A stretch of 52,861 nt of DNA, the filler included, from Bipalium vagum (Eukaryota), in the NCBI GenBank assembly GCA_037834085.1. It is 2 parts of 2 records of this genome, joined end to end, with 100 filler letters (N's around TTAATTAATTAA, not from the genome) between each part and the next. Parts side by side here need not be neighbours in the genome. Positions count along the whole stretch, not along the records: positions 23,434 to 52,861 come from JBBMKC010028915.1; 1 more part is not named here. One strand, written 5' to 3'. Both the position numbers and the translations under genes were made by a program. Below, piece after piece: positions 39,638 to 52,774 of this stretch; the stretch's first letter is position 1, and every line of letters starts with the position of its first letter. The notes beneath the pieces were generated by a model. That model was given only the letters and a program-made list of their open reading frames with translations, searched no databases and had not been told where the DNA came from.

Positions 39638-40484
39638 TATATCAATAATTACGATAACAAAATCGATTATAAATTGTCAAAAAATTTTTTTGTAATGATT
39701 AATAAGAAAGAAAAATAAAAGAATAGCAGTGAAAAAATTCTCAGTGCTTTGTGTCGGTGGGTCTTCGGCTCGTTAGATGGGCCCAAACTGGTTCGCTCAT
39801 AAACACGATAACCGCACAAGGCCCATTTTTATCAATTTCTGATTTTTGTAAATTTTCACTTAAAAATGTCATCTCTGTCCAACGAATGGTGACATATTTT
39901 TATTCTATCAAACCTTTGTTTTAGTAAATCAGAATTTTTACTAATACTTATAAAAGATAATGACAGTTAAACGCTACTATCAGTTTTGGAAGGTAACCAA
40001 GACTGTGTATATTTATAATCCTTAGTGGTAAAGGAATACCCATCTCAAAATCCTTGAGGGTCCGTGAATCAATAAATATTCAATTATCTCGACCAGGACA
40101 CAGTGAAAGAAATTGTCACGGTTCAATGGACAAAATCGCCTAAGTTCTGACCGCTTAAGCAGCAAAATGGAAACAATAATTCACCATTATTGTGCAAGCA
40201 GCATTGGCAACCTGATTCGTTCCGACCGGTGCATCATAAACGGTGGCACATCGTTAATGGTGAGCGTATTCAAAAAGTGATATTAATCAAAAATTACTGA
40301 AGTAAATCTTCATAAAAGGCTCACTCTGTGGCTGTTGTCACAAATCAATAATACAGAGCACATTCTCAACGAAAACTACTGTTTGTCAAAATGGATCAGT
40401 TTGGAAGATCGTGATCAGAACTTGTACCTTTTTCAATGAGGTTTCTCTTTTGTGGACAATAGATTTGGGAAATAAACTCATTCC

Positions 40485-41408
40485 ATGCCCTTAATTTATC
40501 TTCTTTACAAGGAATTGATTTTTTTTGTTTTAATGTTCGTTAATAATGGCCAAGAAGTGGTTAACATAGGTACCTTTTTGTTTGTTCTTTATTTCAATTT
40601 TTTATTTAATATAAAATTATTAATTAAATTTTGTCACGATTTTTATTAATTTTATTTAATTATTTTTTTAATTATACAGCTTAATTAATTTTTAATTATT
40701 TTAATCTCTTTTTTAGAGATAATTATAATAAAAGTGACCTATATAATAATTATTAATTAAATATAATAATAAAAATAATTAATTTAATTAAAAGTTAATC
40801 AATAATAATATAAATAATTAATTAATTAAAAATATGTAATTAATATAATTATAATAAGTGGTTTTATGTATATAATTAAATGAAATTGTTAAAAATAATT
40901 ATTTTTCACTAATTAATGCGAAAATTAAAGCCAAAACCGTGCATTAAAAGTCATTGAACTTTAATAAAATTTCAATTACTAAAATTATGCCTCAATTAAT
41001 ATCTCTTATCCTAATTGATTAAAACGATCAAAAATTGAATTCAGTTATTGACTAAATTAACATAAAATCATTAAAAATTAACGGATTTTTAATCAATTAA
41101 TTAAAATTATTTTAAAAAATTATATTAATCAATAATAATTTAGTTATAATAATATTTTTATTTAATAAAACTTTAGTTATAATAATATTTTATATTTAAT
41201 AATAATTATTTATATTTAATAGTAATTTATAGTTAATAATAATTTATATTTAATGATAATTTAATTTTACTAAAATTTATTTTTTTAACACATTACATTA
41301 TTTTTCTTTTGAATATCTCATTCATTTAAAACAACTTATTATTTTATTACAATCACAAACATAAAGTCTGGTGCAAAGTTAGTAGCTTCAAGATTTGTAT
41401 TCAATGGC

Positions 41409-41480
<72 letters not shown>

Positions 41481-44400
41481 TTTTATTTTTATATATTATC
41501 ATGCTCACTGACAACATATTATTAAGTGGATACTTTTGCCAAAAGTCAAATTCCTTTATCACATAATTTCATTAAAAAAATATATAATTTTATATTATAT
41601 TATTATTAATAATTTAATTAATTGTAATCCTTGTTCTATCTTTCATTCTAACAATGTCTGACCTAAGTTAGTCCCATACTTGGGTTTCATTTACCGCTTC
41701 TTTTTTCTACACCCTTCTCTCCGTTAAGGTATTGTCAACAGTAAATGGAGAGATATTCTTCAACCAAAATTGGCTGGCCGAAATTGGACCGGGAAATTTA
41801 ATCTGAAAGTTATCCAGATTCCGGAAAGTATTTCCTTTTACGAATCCATAAACAGGGGTAAGTGTACAAAATTGTGTCATGTAATTATCTTACTTTTACG
41901 TTTTAATGAAAAATTGTTTTTTTTGTTTAAATAAACCGAACCAATGACCCTACCTACAGAGCCCGACTGAGATTCGCATTCCATTTTATGGCTTTGAAAC
42001 GATGCTGACGACGAGTCTTAAAAGAGATTCACGATAACCCAGATATGTTATAGCTTTCAAAAGGTGATATGACCTCTTGATAGTTTGCAATATATTAGGT
42101 TGAGGGGCACTTTTGGTACTTTTCTACATCACAAATCAAAATTTGACTAATCGTCATGGGAACTTTTATTAATTAAAATAATCAATATTGACTTCAGCCA
42201 CACTTTGCCAACGTAATACGACTTTTTAATACTGCCTATAGGAACTCAGGATCATGGTATTAGACAAAAGAAGTAAATGCCTGTTGGACATAATATTGAT
42301 TTTTGAACTTCCTACTTCGTGGTCAATTGTCAAGTGATAAGAATAGATAGTAATCTGTGGGAGATATGTCAGCAGTAAAAGGTGAGTGAGGTGAAACCAG
42401 TTCCTGCAATTTTGTGCAGTTATTTTTGCAATTGAGGCTGAGGGTGATCGTGCAAAGGTAAAGGACAGCTGTGACTTATCAATGGTCTGTATTTGTGCCT
42501 TTAATTTTTTAAAACACTTTTCTCTCAACATAATATGATATCGAATCATTCCGTAAGTTTTAAGAAAACGTCACGTGAAAGTTAACAATCTAAAAATAGT
42601 AACACAAGTGGGATCGTAGAAAATGTTGAGATTGTCAAAACAAAATATTGAAAAGATATATACAGGATTCATTCTCTGTCCGCTACTCATGGTGAAAAAC
42701 AATTATCAGGTTGAGGAATAATTCCTGAGCATTTTTTAAAGAACTTTATTTGAATACAAAATAAAGGAATAGTACACAATTTATTATTACCGAAATTAAC
42801 AATAAAGTCTCCGTGGTTGTTGATAACTTCTTTCTATCGTTCAATAAGTTTGTCAATGCCTCGACAATAAAATTCCTTCGGTCTGAACTCAAAGAATTCG
42901 TCCAACCGAGCGCTCAATTCCACGCCATTGTTGAATGACACGTCACGCGAAGCACTCGAAAGCGATCGAAAAAAATAAAAATCCGATGGTGTCAAGTCTG
43001 GCGAATATGGGCGGTGAGGCAACACTTCCAATTGGAGTTCTTGAATCTCTGATTTGGTCATATTGGTGATGTGAGGACGATCGTTATCATGCTGCAGAAG
43101 AATACTGTTTTGCCGATTTGGTCTTTCTTGCTGAATTGCTTTGTTAATTCGTTGCAGTAGTTGAACGTAAAGCTCCGCAATAATTGTTTGGTTTTGCCCA
43201 AGCAATTCATGATGGACTATGCCTTCCCAGTCCCACCATACACAAAGCATATTCTTCCTAGGATTGAGATCTTGTTTTGCTCGAGAAGTTGCATTTTTTT
43301 CGGGGCTGAACCATTCTTTACTCCGCTTCATATTGATGTATAGGCACCATTTCTCATCTCCAGTAACGACGCGGTAAAGAAAACGCTTTTTGTGACTCTG
43401 TGTTGAGCGATTTCGAGAAAGAAAACTGACGAAAATTGTGATGCGCTGATTTTTAATCTTTTTGCTCAGACAGCGTGGCACCAAAGTGCCGAGTTTCTGA
43501 ACGTTGCCCTTTGAATAAAGGTGATTAAACTACATTTTTTGGTCAAAATTCATCTTCTCCGCTAATTCTCTAGTCTTTTGACGAGAATATTAATGAAGAA
43601 GCTGGTTTAAACGTCCTTCACCAAACACAGTTGACCGACACTGTGTGACTCGTTCTTCAGATAATAATTCCCATTTTTAAGAGCGAAAACCAAGGCCGAG
43701 CAGTACTTTCAGGCATTGCTTCTTTGCCATAAACTGAACCGATTTCAAGAGCAGCTTTGGCAGCGCTAACACCTTGATTAAATGCGAATAGGAGCTCGTG
43801 TCGGAAATTTTAAATTTTATCAACCTCATATTCCATTTTATGAGCTGAAAATAACAGAAAAAGTTAAATTAATATTAAATTCAAATATACTATCGATTAA
43901 AACAAAAATCAATATACCTATTAACATAAAATATTTTGTGAAAGCGTTTAATTTATGAATATATTTTTAACTTTAAAAAAGCTCATAAATTATTCCTCAA
44001 CTCAATACTTCAATTTTGTGTTCTTTTTCTCTTCTGATAAAGATGCTTCATAGTTTTTCAAGGCCAGATTTATTGATTTGGAAACTTTTGGTTTTGATGG
44101 CCTATCTCAAAGATAAAGATTTGACTTCATAATAATAAAAATAATTCTTTTTAATAGTAATAATAGTGAAAATAATATTACTATTATTATTATTCTTTTA
44201 TTTTTTAAATTCTTTTTATTTTCATACATCTTTTTAGCCTATGAATTAATTTATCAATACAAGTTCAACCTAATTATCGGGGATTCCAGGCTGGATGTTG
44301 CACAGGCTGCTGCAACTTTGACTGTTCCGTTTATAAGTTTTGATAACAAACTGCTGTCCCGATGGAGACCAGAATACGGAAATACACCGCATTTCTATTC

Positions 44401-47400
44401 ACTGCCCGTCTCAGAACGTAGCTATGCCCTGGCTACAACGGAGATTCTTGCCAATTTCAAAATATCCCAAGTTGCTATTGTGATTGATGGCACTGTTGGT
44501 TAGAGCTTTATGTTTATCTGGTGTCCTACTAACCCTCCCCCCCACTTTAAATCTGTAGAACCATAAACTCTCAAAATCAATTGATCATTTTTTATGAGAG
44601 ATGGGCTTCTTAAATATATTTTCTAATGACATCAGCTTAATTCTTTCAATTGGAATCTTTCTTCTTCGGTTGAAACTCGGTTAAAATATGACATTTTTGA
44701 AGGTTATCCATTTTGTTTAAATTCAATATTTTCAGTGGTAGTCCCAACGCGGTAAATTAATTTTAAAAATTTATTGATTTGCAACGATTTTTTGGTATTT
44801 GACCTTCGGAATTTTGTTTTCGTTTAGAATGAAGTAAAGATTGGAAATATCAATAGTTTAGCCCTGTGATACCGTAAGAATTTTTTATCAGCGTCATGAA
44901 AGGAATTTCATATCTTTTCTTATGGTTTGATCTTTTCAAGGTGATTTCCCGAAAATGTTCTTCTATCTCTTTTCTAGTTCGTGTTCTTGGCTTGATTATA
45001 AGTTTGAGGCCATTCCAGGTTCTTTCTATAGTGGTGGTATGAACATATGTATGTACATTTTTGAAGGAAATTGAAAAATTAACCGTTTCGTTGGAGGATT
45101 CTTTATCGAGACTGTATCGAAAAGTATGGAAACACATCAAAGTTAGAACTACAGCGAAAGACGAAAATATATTCCTTAAAGGTTAATTAATATAAGGTTA
45201 TGTTAACACCGAAACATAACAAGTATAAAAAGTAATAGGTTACTATTTTGATTTCTTTGTTATTTTTATTAACTTACGTCGAAGAGTACCCATTAAGTTC
45301 TGGAAAAATGTATTTTCGATCATTTTGAATACTCTAAGCCAATCTTTTCTGAACTGATCTATGGTTCCTGATTGATGAAAACCTTTTCTCATGTTTACCT
45401 TCATAATTGCCAAATCTCCGTTTTCAGTCATCCATTCTACGGACTTCCTTGAATAGTGGATTGCTGCCAGATCAGGCCGGAATAACATTTTTCCCTCATG
45501 CAAACACATCATTGGCAGTTAAACATTGCTCAATGTAGACATCACTCGTCATTGTAGATATTGTCACAAATGGAGTAGATCGTGGCTTTTTGGTTAATTG
45601 CAGTCATAACTTTCGAAGGTTTCACAAGTGCTGCATGCTTTGGATTTCATTTTGATGCTTTCTACTTCTTGTAAGTCTTGTATCCATTTTGTTTCTTAAT
45701 ACGCTGAATTATACTAACATTTGTCTTACACTTTCTCAAAGTATCTCGAATAGAGGAACCAGGCCTCTTTTTCATTGATTAACAGACAGTAGAATCTATC
45801 TTAACGTTTCTTGAACCTCAAAGTCGTTCAGCTTCTGGATTGCCTTTAAATGATAAATCATGATTATGTTTCCTTATTGTATTGGAGACTGCTTTCAAGA
45901 TAACATCTTCGTGTTTCCCAATTTCCCTCATTCCATTTTCATTATTCCAAATTTCCCAAATTATTTTTCTCTGATCAGAATTCAGTCCTCGTATTTTAGT
46001 CAATAATAAAGATTGTTGATGATAGATTTTCGGGAAAGGTTTGACGTGGTTTAAGTAACATGTACTATTAACCTATGTTTCTATTTTACAATGCGGAGGC
46101 TAACAGAAATTTAGTGCATAAGTTGCTTCCGTACTTTTCGATACAGTCTGTAGGCAAGGTTACAGTGGTCATTCTACATGTCGGTATGGATTATTGATCC
46201 ATGCCTGACATGATTTTTGAATAGTTCATTTATTTTTGTAAAATTCTTTTCCTTCATTCATGCGCTCAATACATTCGATAACCCAATCATCATCGACCTC
46301 GATGAACATTTTGCCTAGGTTACTTTCATCTATCTTGACTATGATTCCTTCTTCGCCGTTGATAGCTTCCAGTTCTGATATAGAACATTTGACGGGCTCT
46401 CGATATTGCTTTTGTAAAGAGAAGATTGTTATAGAGCTATGTCCGCTCATTTAATATTTAATTAAATTATCCAATGATGGTGTTCCGCTATTTGGTTTTA
46501 TTTTGTTAAATTTGATAAATTCACATCATTTGGAAATCCGCGATATTTTTTGTAGATTATCAAATGTTCATAAAGCCCTTTTTCGAAACAAAGATGCTCT
46601 TTTGTAAAATCTGGACAATCCAAATCTACCCTTCACAAGCTGAGTCGGATGAATCTTTGGATCAAATAATGCAAGAGATCAGAAACCATGGATACCAGGA
46701 TATCATCCTGAAAACAAATAAGAGCAATCTTAATAGATTGATGAGTCTGGTAAGATAAGTGATAAATTGCCCACAGGTTTTCTGACCAGAAAGAATATCT
46801 CTATTTTAAATATTAATAAAATGTAATATAAAAATAATCTTTGAGGAAACATGATCTTATGAAAGCCAAGTTCTAGGATGATGCAAAAATTCGTGCTCAA
46901 ATTTCAAAGGCTGATATTGGCCTTTTACACTGTAAAATCCATTGTTTTTCTAGGTTATGATTGACAGGATATTCACTTCTTAACAAATTTTAAAAACCAC
47001 TTAGCCGCAGTCCTATGAGCAACAATTTCTTCGTCTTCAAACTCACATATCTTCTTACAAGCATATATCGTGCACAAGCCTCTTTTCCAATAGTTGCGCA
47101 AGAACACTCAAACATCTCAAATTTTTTAGTCATCTAAATCACAAGATTTGAAAAAATTATTTATTGAAATTCAAACTTAGTCAATATTTCAATATTTAAA
47201 CAAATGATAAATTAATACTTAAATAAAAATACATAACATTTTAAAAATAAAATAATTTCGCTATTACATTTTAAACATAACGGTAAAACCTTATTTGGAA
47301 TGTAAAATTTCTTTATTAGATCTTTTGAGTACAAACTTTTGCATTACCCCAGTAACTTAATATTGATTGGTTCAATAATAAGATCTATTGCAAGTTTGTT

Positions 47401-49106
47401 TATATTCAACCAAAAGTTTCAGTTGTTACGTGAAAATAAAGAGAAACTTGCTTAATGTGATAATGATATTTTTTAGCAAGTTTAGACGGAAACGATCTTT
47501 GCAACAACAAAGATTGTTACGAAATATTCTGAGAACTGCAATATAGTTATGACAGCAATATCTATGTATGTGATTTTAAAAAGCAAAGCGAATCAGTAGT
47601 TGGTGAAAAAAACCAGATCGATCTTAAAGATCTTCGATATTCAAAAAAATAACCCAATAATATCTAAAACAAAAGAAAATTTGTGTTCGAAGCTGAAACA
47701 TTTTTGTTTCTACTTGGTCGATTTGAAGAAAACTTCAGTTTGGTAAACGCTTCCAGAATGAAAGCCCTCAAAAAGTTAAGACTTAGCGGAACTCGTGGAA
47801 GATCGATGATATCATTATTGCTTTGTGATATTCATGGTATAAAAATGTAGAATTTTGAAGATTAATTGTCAGAGCAAATGCAGATTATTTTAATTGAACG
47901 AAAATATGGAAAACTAAAAGACAATGTCAAAAAATTTCCAAGCTAATACTTGACAAGACACCAATAAACGTATAGGTTGCCTCTGAAATAATATTTGAGT
48001 TATTAAAAATTAATAACACTGGTCAAAAAAAATTTTTTACAAAGATTGCTGATTTGAAAATTGGTTTTAGATTTATTCTAACACATCGGGTTTCTGAGAT
48101 AAAGTGAAAAATTATAAGTGGGTTTTCATTCATACATTATCAGAAAAACGGAAATGTAGGAAACATGCTTTCAGGAATAAATGTTTAATTTGATTTTATT
48201 TATTAATATAGATTTATTATAAAATTGTTATCAGGAATTAATGTTTAAATCGATTAGATTTATTAATATGGATTTATTATAAATATTAATTATTAAAAAT
48301 AATTTAATAATATTAAAAATAAATTATGCTTTCTTAATTAAAATAATTTAATAATATTAAAAATAAATTATGCTTTCTTGTTCTTAAATATTTCATTTAT
48401 TGCAATTTCACATTACTGTTTTCTTTGATCATGCCAAGGCCGTTCAGACACAATCCAGACATTTCTCGTCATTTACTACAACATCACAGCGACGTTCGAT
48501 TACATCAAATCTTAGTCATATATCAGTTATTTTCTGTTGACCTGTGCAATTATCAATTAATTACATTTTAAGCACTAAAGATGACAAAAGTCAATTTTCA
48601 CCATTTTTCTAAAGAAATAATTTTATTAATAAAACATTGTTTTCTAAGTAAAATAAAACATTAAAAATTGGACAAAAAGATTAAAAAAATTTTTTTAAAA
48701 ATTTTCCATGTAATAATATTAAAAAAGAGAATATAAAAATAATAATAAACGTTATAATTTATAAATGGAAATATTTCTTACATAAAAATGAATACTTTTA
48801 AATAAATGAATACAAATAAATAAATGAAAAAAATGAATACTTAAAATAAAATTGTTATAATTAAACCACCAGTACAGGAGCGGTGAGCCAGCTGTTCTGA
48901 ATATTAAGTTTGTTACATTTTTTACAATGGTGGTACTCTGACAATGAATGTGTTCTAATGTTATAACAATTAGTGATTAAACGAGTTCAGCAAGAGATTA
49001 TCTGAGCTTTTAATGAACTGGATCAATAGCAGTAATAAAAGTGCAGTAAAAAATAATGATCTTTCCTCCACAATGATTTTTGAGAAAATCGTTCTGTTAA
49101 TATTAA

Positions 49107-49144
<38 letters not shown>

Positions 49145-51059
49145 TATTATTACTATTATTATTATTATTACTATTATTTTTGTTGCTATTATTATTGTTG
49201 TTATTTTTTATATATTATATTGTAATTATTATTATTGTTATTAGTTTTTTTATATTTTTCAATTATCTTTATTATTTTGTTAGTATTATTATTATTATTA
49301 CTAATTAAAGATCATATATTTTTAAATATTTTATTTTACATTTGCGTCGTACGTAGTTCGAAAGTTGGTTTAATTTTTGCTTTTATATAATTTTACTTTT
49401 ATATTGATTAAAATAAAAAAGTAATGGAAAATCTTCCGAAGTACTTTCTGGCCAGTAGGAGACCCATTACTAATGTAGCCATAAAATATTTTTTTACTTG
49501 TAATAAAGGCTAGGAAGCGTGGCATGGTCTCGACTCCCTACCGGTGGTACATTCTGGGATTCGTCTGCGAAAATTTCAACGTCAATAATCTGAAGCATAT
49601 AATTTCAAATATAACCTTCATTAATGAAAGGTGTACAGAGAGAAGTCTGCTGGAGAACAGCAACTACCAAGACGTCTCTACCGTTGACCATTTTATCCAA
49701 ATCATTCGAGCAGTCAAGTGGAGGTTCTCTCCCAACGATTTGAGCAAGGTTTGTTTCCAAGACTTCCAACTGATTTTAATCTGATTTTCTCTAATCTTGT
49801 CCAATCCTGTCCTTATTATTTATCTCATTTATTCGTCACAATTTTTTGTTTCTTCTCAACATTTAAAAATGTATTTTCCCCTTTTCCATACTCATTTTGA
49901 CTTCATTCATAAATGTTTGCCACAAATATTAATAGGACATCAAAGTGTGCTTTGATAAGTCCCATAATAACTCCTACCTTTTTGACTATTAAACTTAACT
50001 ATTCTGACCAAGTTACGAGTGTACAAATGAAAATGCTTGTCAGAGTATGCGACATCGAACGATACAGGCAGTGATCAATAGCGATTATATCTGGTGAATA
50101 TGGCGGGTGGGATAGAACTTTCCATTTAAAGGTTTTTCTAAGTATTCGTTAACCGGTTCCATAACATGTGGTCCAACATTGTCATGTTGCAAAATGATTT
50201 TATTATGCCTGTCGGCTTGATGGGACACTTAATCCTTTATAACTCGGCCTAAAGTCATCAATAAAAGTTGATTACGATCCCCTGTGTTTGCTTCGTTCGG
50301 TTGTAACAACTCATAATATGCGCTACCTAACTGATCCCACCTACAGACAGTAAGAAAGACATGTTTTTGGAATAAAGTTTATTGAGTTTAAATCTAAAGA
50401 TTGAAAACGACAGTATTACCTTAGGAATAGTTCTTATTCATACTCTGACACTCTACTCTTATCAAATACCTAAATATATAAATAAAAGTAAAATATTGGA
50501 GACAGCTACTACTAAGTTACTCAGAGTTCACAATGACGTCATCATTGACTACGATCTTTTTATTTCAGATTTTACGAGACAAAACCGAGTCCTTCATAAA
50601 TTTCGACAGTCAAGGAAATAGAGATTCATTCACTCTCTTTTACAATACCCTTTCCCGATTGCCGAACAAGACTCTGTCAATGGTTGACATGTTTTGCAAA
50701 TGTTTTTATTAAATGATGGTCTCAGATCGGATCTTATCAAAAGAGGACTGGGGTTCCAGGTGTATTTGTCATGAAAATCGATCAAAACGACATTAAGAGT
50801 TCTCTTTTCCCCAAACACCTTCGAATTGTTGCACTGGAAGTATTAACTCGTCACACGATACCCCGGATTCATTCTCTTTGCTTAGGAACATCCTCATTTG
50901 ATTGTTGACAAGAACGACAACACCACCAGCGGCTTCGGGGTGGATCTGATCAACAAACTAGTCGAAATTCTCAATTTCACCTACACGATCAATGTCATTA
51001 ATTCCAAAGAAGGAGTGGGTGAAAAATGGGCGAAATTTCTGGCTGAGCTCATAGACGGG
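40485..51059 (+). CDS. Divergent ionotropic glutamate receptor / IR-family subunit, 5' part (437 aa in window); exons 40485-40569, 41729-41857, 44238-44498, 46556-46749, 49509-49748, 50569-50682, 50726-50839, 50886-51059
   Basis: Hydrophobic leader then VNIG. ATD motifs: SFYESINRAYELI..KFNLIIG, VPFIS, VAIVID, ARKRGMVSTPYRWYI, INFDSQGNRDSF, IGSY. S1 motifs: LRIVALEEHPHL, GFGVDLINKLVEILNFTY, W..FLAELIDG. All splice phases are compatible; the gene continues beyond the window. Confidence 0.85.
41411..41478. repeat. (ATT)n microsatellite
   Basis: About 22 perfect units in iGluR intron 1. Confidence 0.92.
42095..42620 (-). mobile_element. Internally deleted mariner remnant
   Basis: Terminus ttaggttgagggg at ~42095; S.DY.LFLSL remnant at ~42330-42360; IRYHIML N-terminal remnant at ~42530-42549. 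Confidence 0.55.
42706..44005 (-). mobile_element. Full-length (1300 bp) defective mariner, DD34D
   Basis: TA TSDs and TIRs tcaggttgaggaataattcctgagc and gctcataaattattcctcaactcaa. ORF 42834-43484 has VTGDEKWCLY, CVWWD, HDNDRPH and YSPDLTPSDFYFF; the 5' part is disrupted. Confidence 0.95.
44880..46450 (-). mobile_element. Merlin transposase remnant split by a Tc1-like insertion
   Basis: GEEGIIVKIDES, WVIECIER and GSIIHTD (46165-46360), resuming as ETVNFS...VHTTTIERTWNGLK (~45000-45095). Confidence 0.8.
45108..46150 (-). mobile_element. Tc1-like element nested in Merlin
   Basis: TIRs agactgtatcgaaaagtatggaa (45110) and ttccgtacttttcgatacagtctg + TA (to 46150). Remnants of an HTH N-terminus (45818-46003) and LFRPDLAAIHYSR (F..D.A..H motif). 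Confidence 0.8.
48171..48380. repeat. Two adjacent short tandem duplications (~60 bp x2 and ~44 bp x2)
   Basis: tcaggaat(a/t)aatgtttaa...gatttattataaa at 48171 and 48231; aaaataatttaataatattaaaaataaattatgctttctt at ~48296 and ~48340. Confidence 0.8.
49111..49300. repeat. (TAT/TAC)n degenerate microsatellite
   Basis: Source of the poly-Tyr pseudo-ORF 49013-49225. Confidence 0.9.
49950..50370 (-). mobile_element. Decayed mariner fragment
   Basis: Minus strand gives WDQLGSAYYELL (~50305-50340) and ILQHDNVGPHV (~50163-50197). Confidence 0.7.
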
Positions 51060-51539
51060 GTTTTTTGTTTTAATTAATGATTTTTTTTATTATTTTTATT
51101 ATTTTTTATTATTTTTGAATATAAAAAAAAATTTTTAAATTTTAAAGTATAAAATTATTTTATTTATTAATTTCTATATTTGTTACCCGAAAATTTTATG
51201 TCAATTATTCTTTGGTGTGTCATTATAACATTATCTTTGTTAATTTATTATTTTTATTACTTCAATTAATTAATTTAATTAAATAGTTTTTACATTATTA
51301 TTCTCCAGTTAAAGACGCTGTTGAAACGCTCGGAATAACACCAGAACTTCTCAAAATAGGTTTTCAGGTGAAGAAATTGACTTAAAAAGTTATAGTTCTT
51401 AATGTAAAGTACAAACTCATAAAAGGTCAAAAAAGTACAAAACAATAATAACTAGCTGGAGATCAGACCTTTTGAAAGTGAAAAACTCATCAAAAAAAAT
51501 TTTGCTTCTTATGGTGGACCTTTTAACTATCGAAACCCA

Positions 51540-52100
51540 GGCAGCTTTTGCTTGAAGTAAAATCTGTTTTGAACCATACACCTGATATACCTGGTCTGAG
51601 TCCTTAAGAATTCTTTTTTATTTTAAAATTGACGCGGTTGTTTAAAACCTTTTTATGTTGATATTTATGTTACACAAATGACGTCAGCACCTCCATTGGA
51701 TTACTGGAATGAAAAATGGAAGTTGAAAGCAACAAGAATAAATTAAACTATTGCCGACCTGGTATTTTGTTTTAATTCCGTTACAGAAAAACGCAGAAGG
51801 TTTTGTACAACCATAACTTAAAAGTGGAAATAGGAACAATAAATAATGATCAAACTTAATGGTTTCCCCATGCTTGCCGGGATTTGTTGAAGGTTGACCA
51901 GGGATCCGGACTGAATTACAGTTGAGATACAAAGTTACTCCTTTATTTGACGATTCCATAAAGGTGGATCTCCATTAGTCGTATCCTCACTGATTGTTAG
52001 CCTGGACATGGGGAGTATACAAACAAGAAAATAGAAAAATTCAATCCAAAAGACAAAGATTGATCAGAACATAATCAATTTGTAAAAAAAATCAATACTG
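51540..52100 (-). mobile_element. Possible piggyBac-like transposase remnant
   Basis: Y.P...TISE and P.TNPGKHG resemble the piggyBac Y.P....IDE and P.KP.KYG motifs. Heavily decayed. Confidence 0.35.
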
Positions 52101-52599
52101 ATGATGTGTAATAATGTGTCAAACTATTAGGATGATCGGAAAGTCTTTAGACTAATTTAAGGCAAATCCAATATATTATTTGATTCTGTAAAAACAAATC
52201 CTTTAATTTGATAGTATAATAACTTGTTAATGCAACAATAAAAATGAGCAAAACAAAGTTACCAATAAATAGTATAAAGACTTTCCGACTGCCCTAATAA
52301 ATAAATTGTTGGACGAAAAATTAATTCTCTCTTAAAACGGTCATGATAATTTGTAACACAAAATCGAAATTTACAAGCAAATTAAATTCAATTTTTTAAA
52401 ATTAATTATTTAACTAATTAATTAATTAAATTACTGATTTATTTTCTTAACATTATTTTATTATAAAATTTTTTAAAGCTATATTTTCTTAATTATAAAT
52501 TTAAAAAAAATTATATTATTGCAAAAAAATAATGTCGAAAAAGCACTTGAAAATCAAATTTTGAATCCATTTTTAAAACTTCAATTTCACCTTGAAAAT

Positions 52600-52755
52600 T
52601 TAAATATATTTATGAGTTGCAGTTAGTTTAAAAGGCAGAAAAATTGACTTATATTCGATATATATAAATTGATTTCTTTACTTATATTAAATTAAAATGA
52701 TTTCATGGCAAACATTAAAATCCAAAAAACGAAATTTTTTTGGGAGACCATAATA
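52600..52755 (-). mobile_element. Solo 5' end of the same mariner family as 5274-6422
   Basis: agttagtttaaaaggcagaaaa...tgatttcatggcaaacattaaaatccaaaaaacgaa matches 6323-6403. Confidence 0.7.
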
Positions 52756-52774
52756 AATAAATTTTAAAAAACTA

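Noticed and set aside
47900-48050. hAT-like C-terminal motif (VASE..F..LK), with a similar remnant near 2980-3010
   Set aside because: Too degraded, with no TIR or TSD to support a call.
49013-49225. Poly-tyrosine ORF
   Set aside because: Translation of a (TAT)n microsatellite inside an iGluR intron.
51309-51367. Possible next iGluR exon (KDAVETLGITPELLKIGFQ, resembling A..L.IT.ER...DF)
   Set aside because: It needs a phase 1 acceptor but the previous exon ends in phase 0, which gives a stop in frame. The resemblance is weak.
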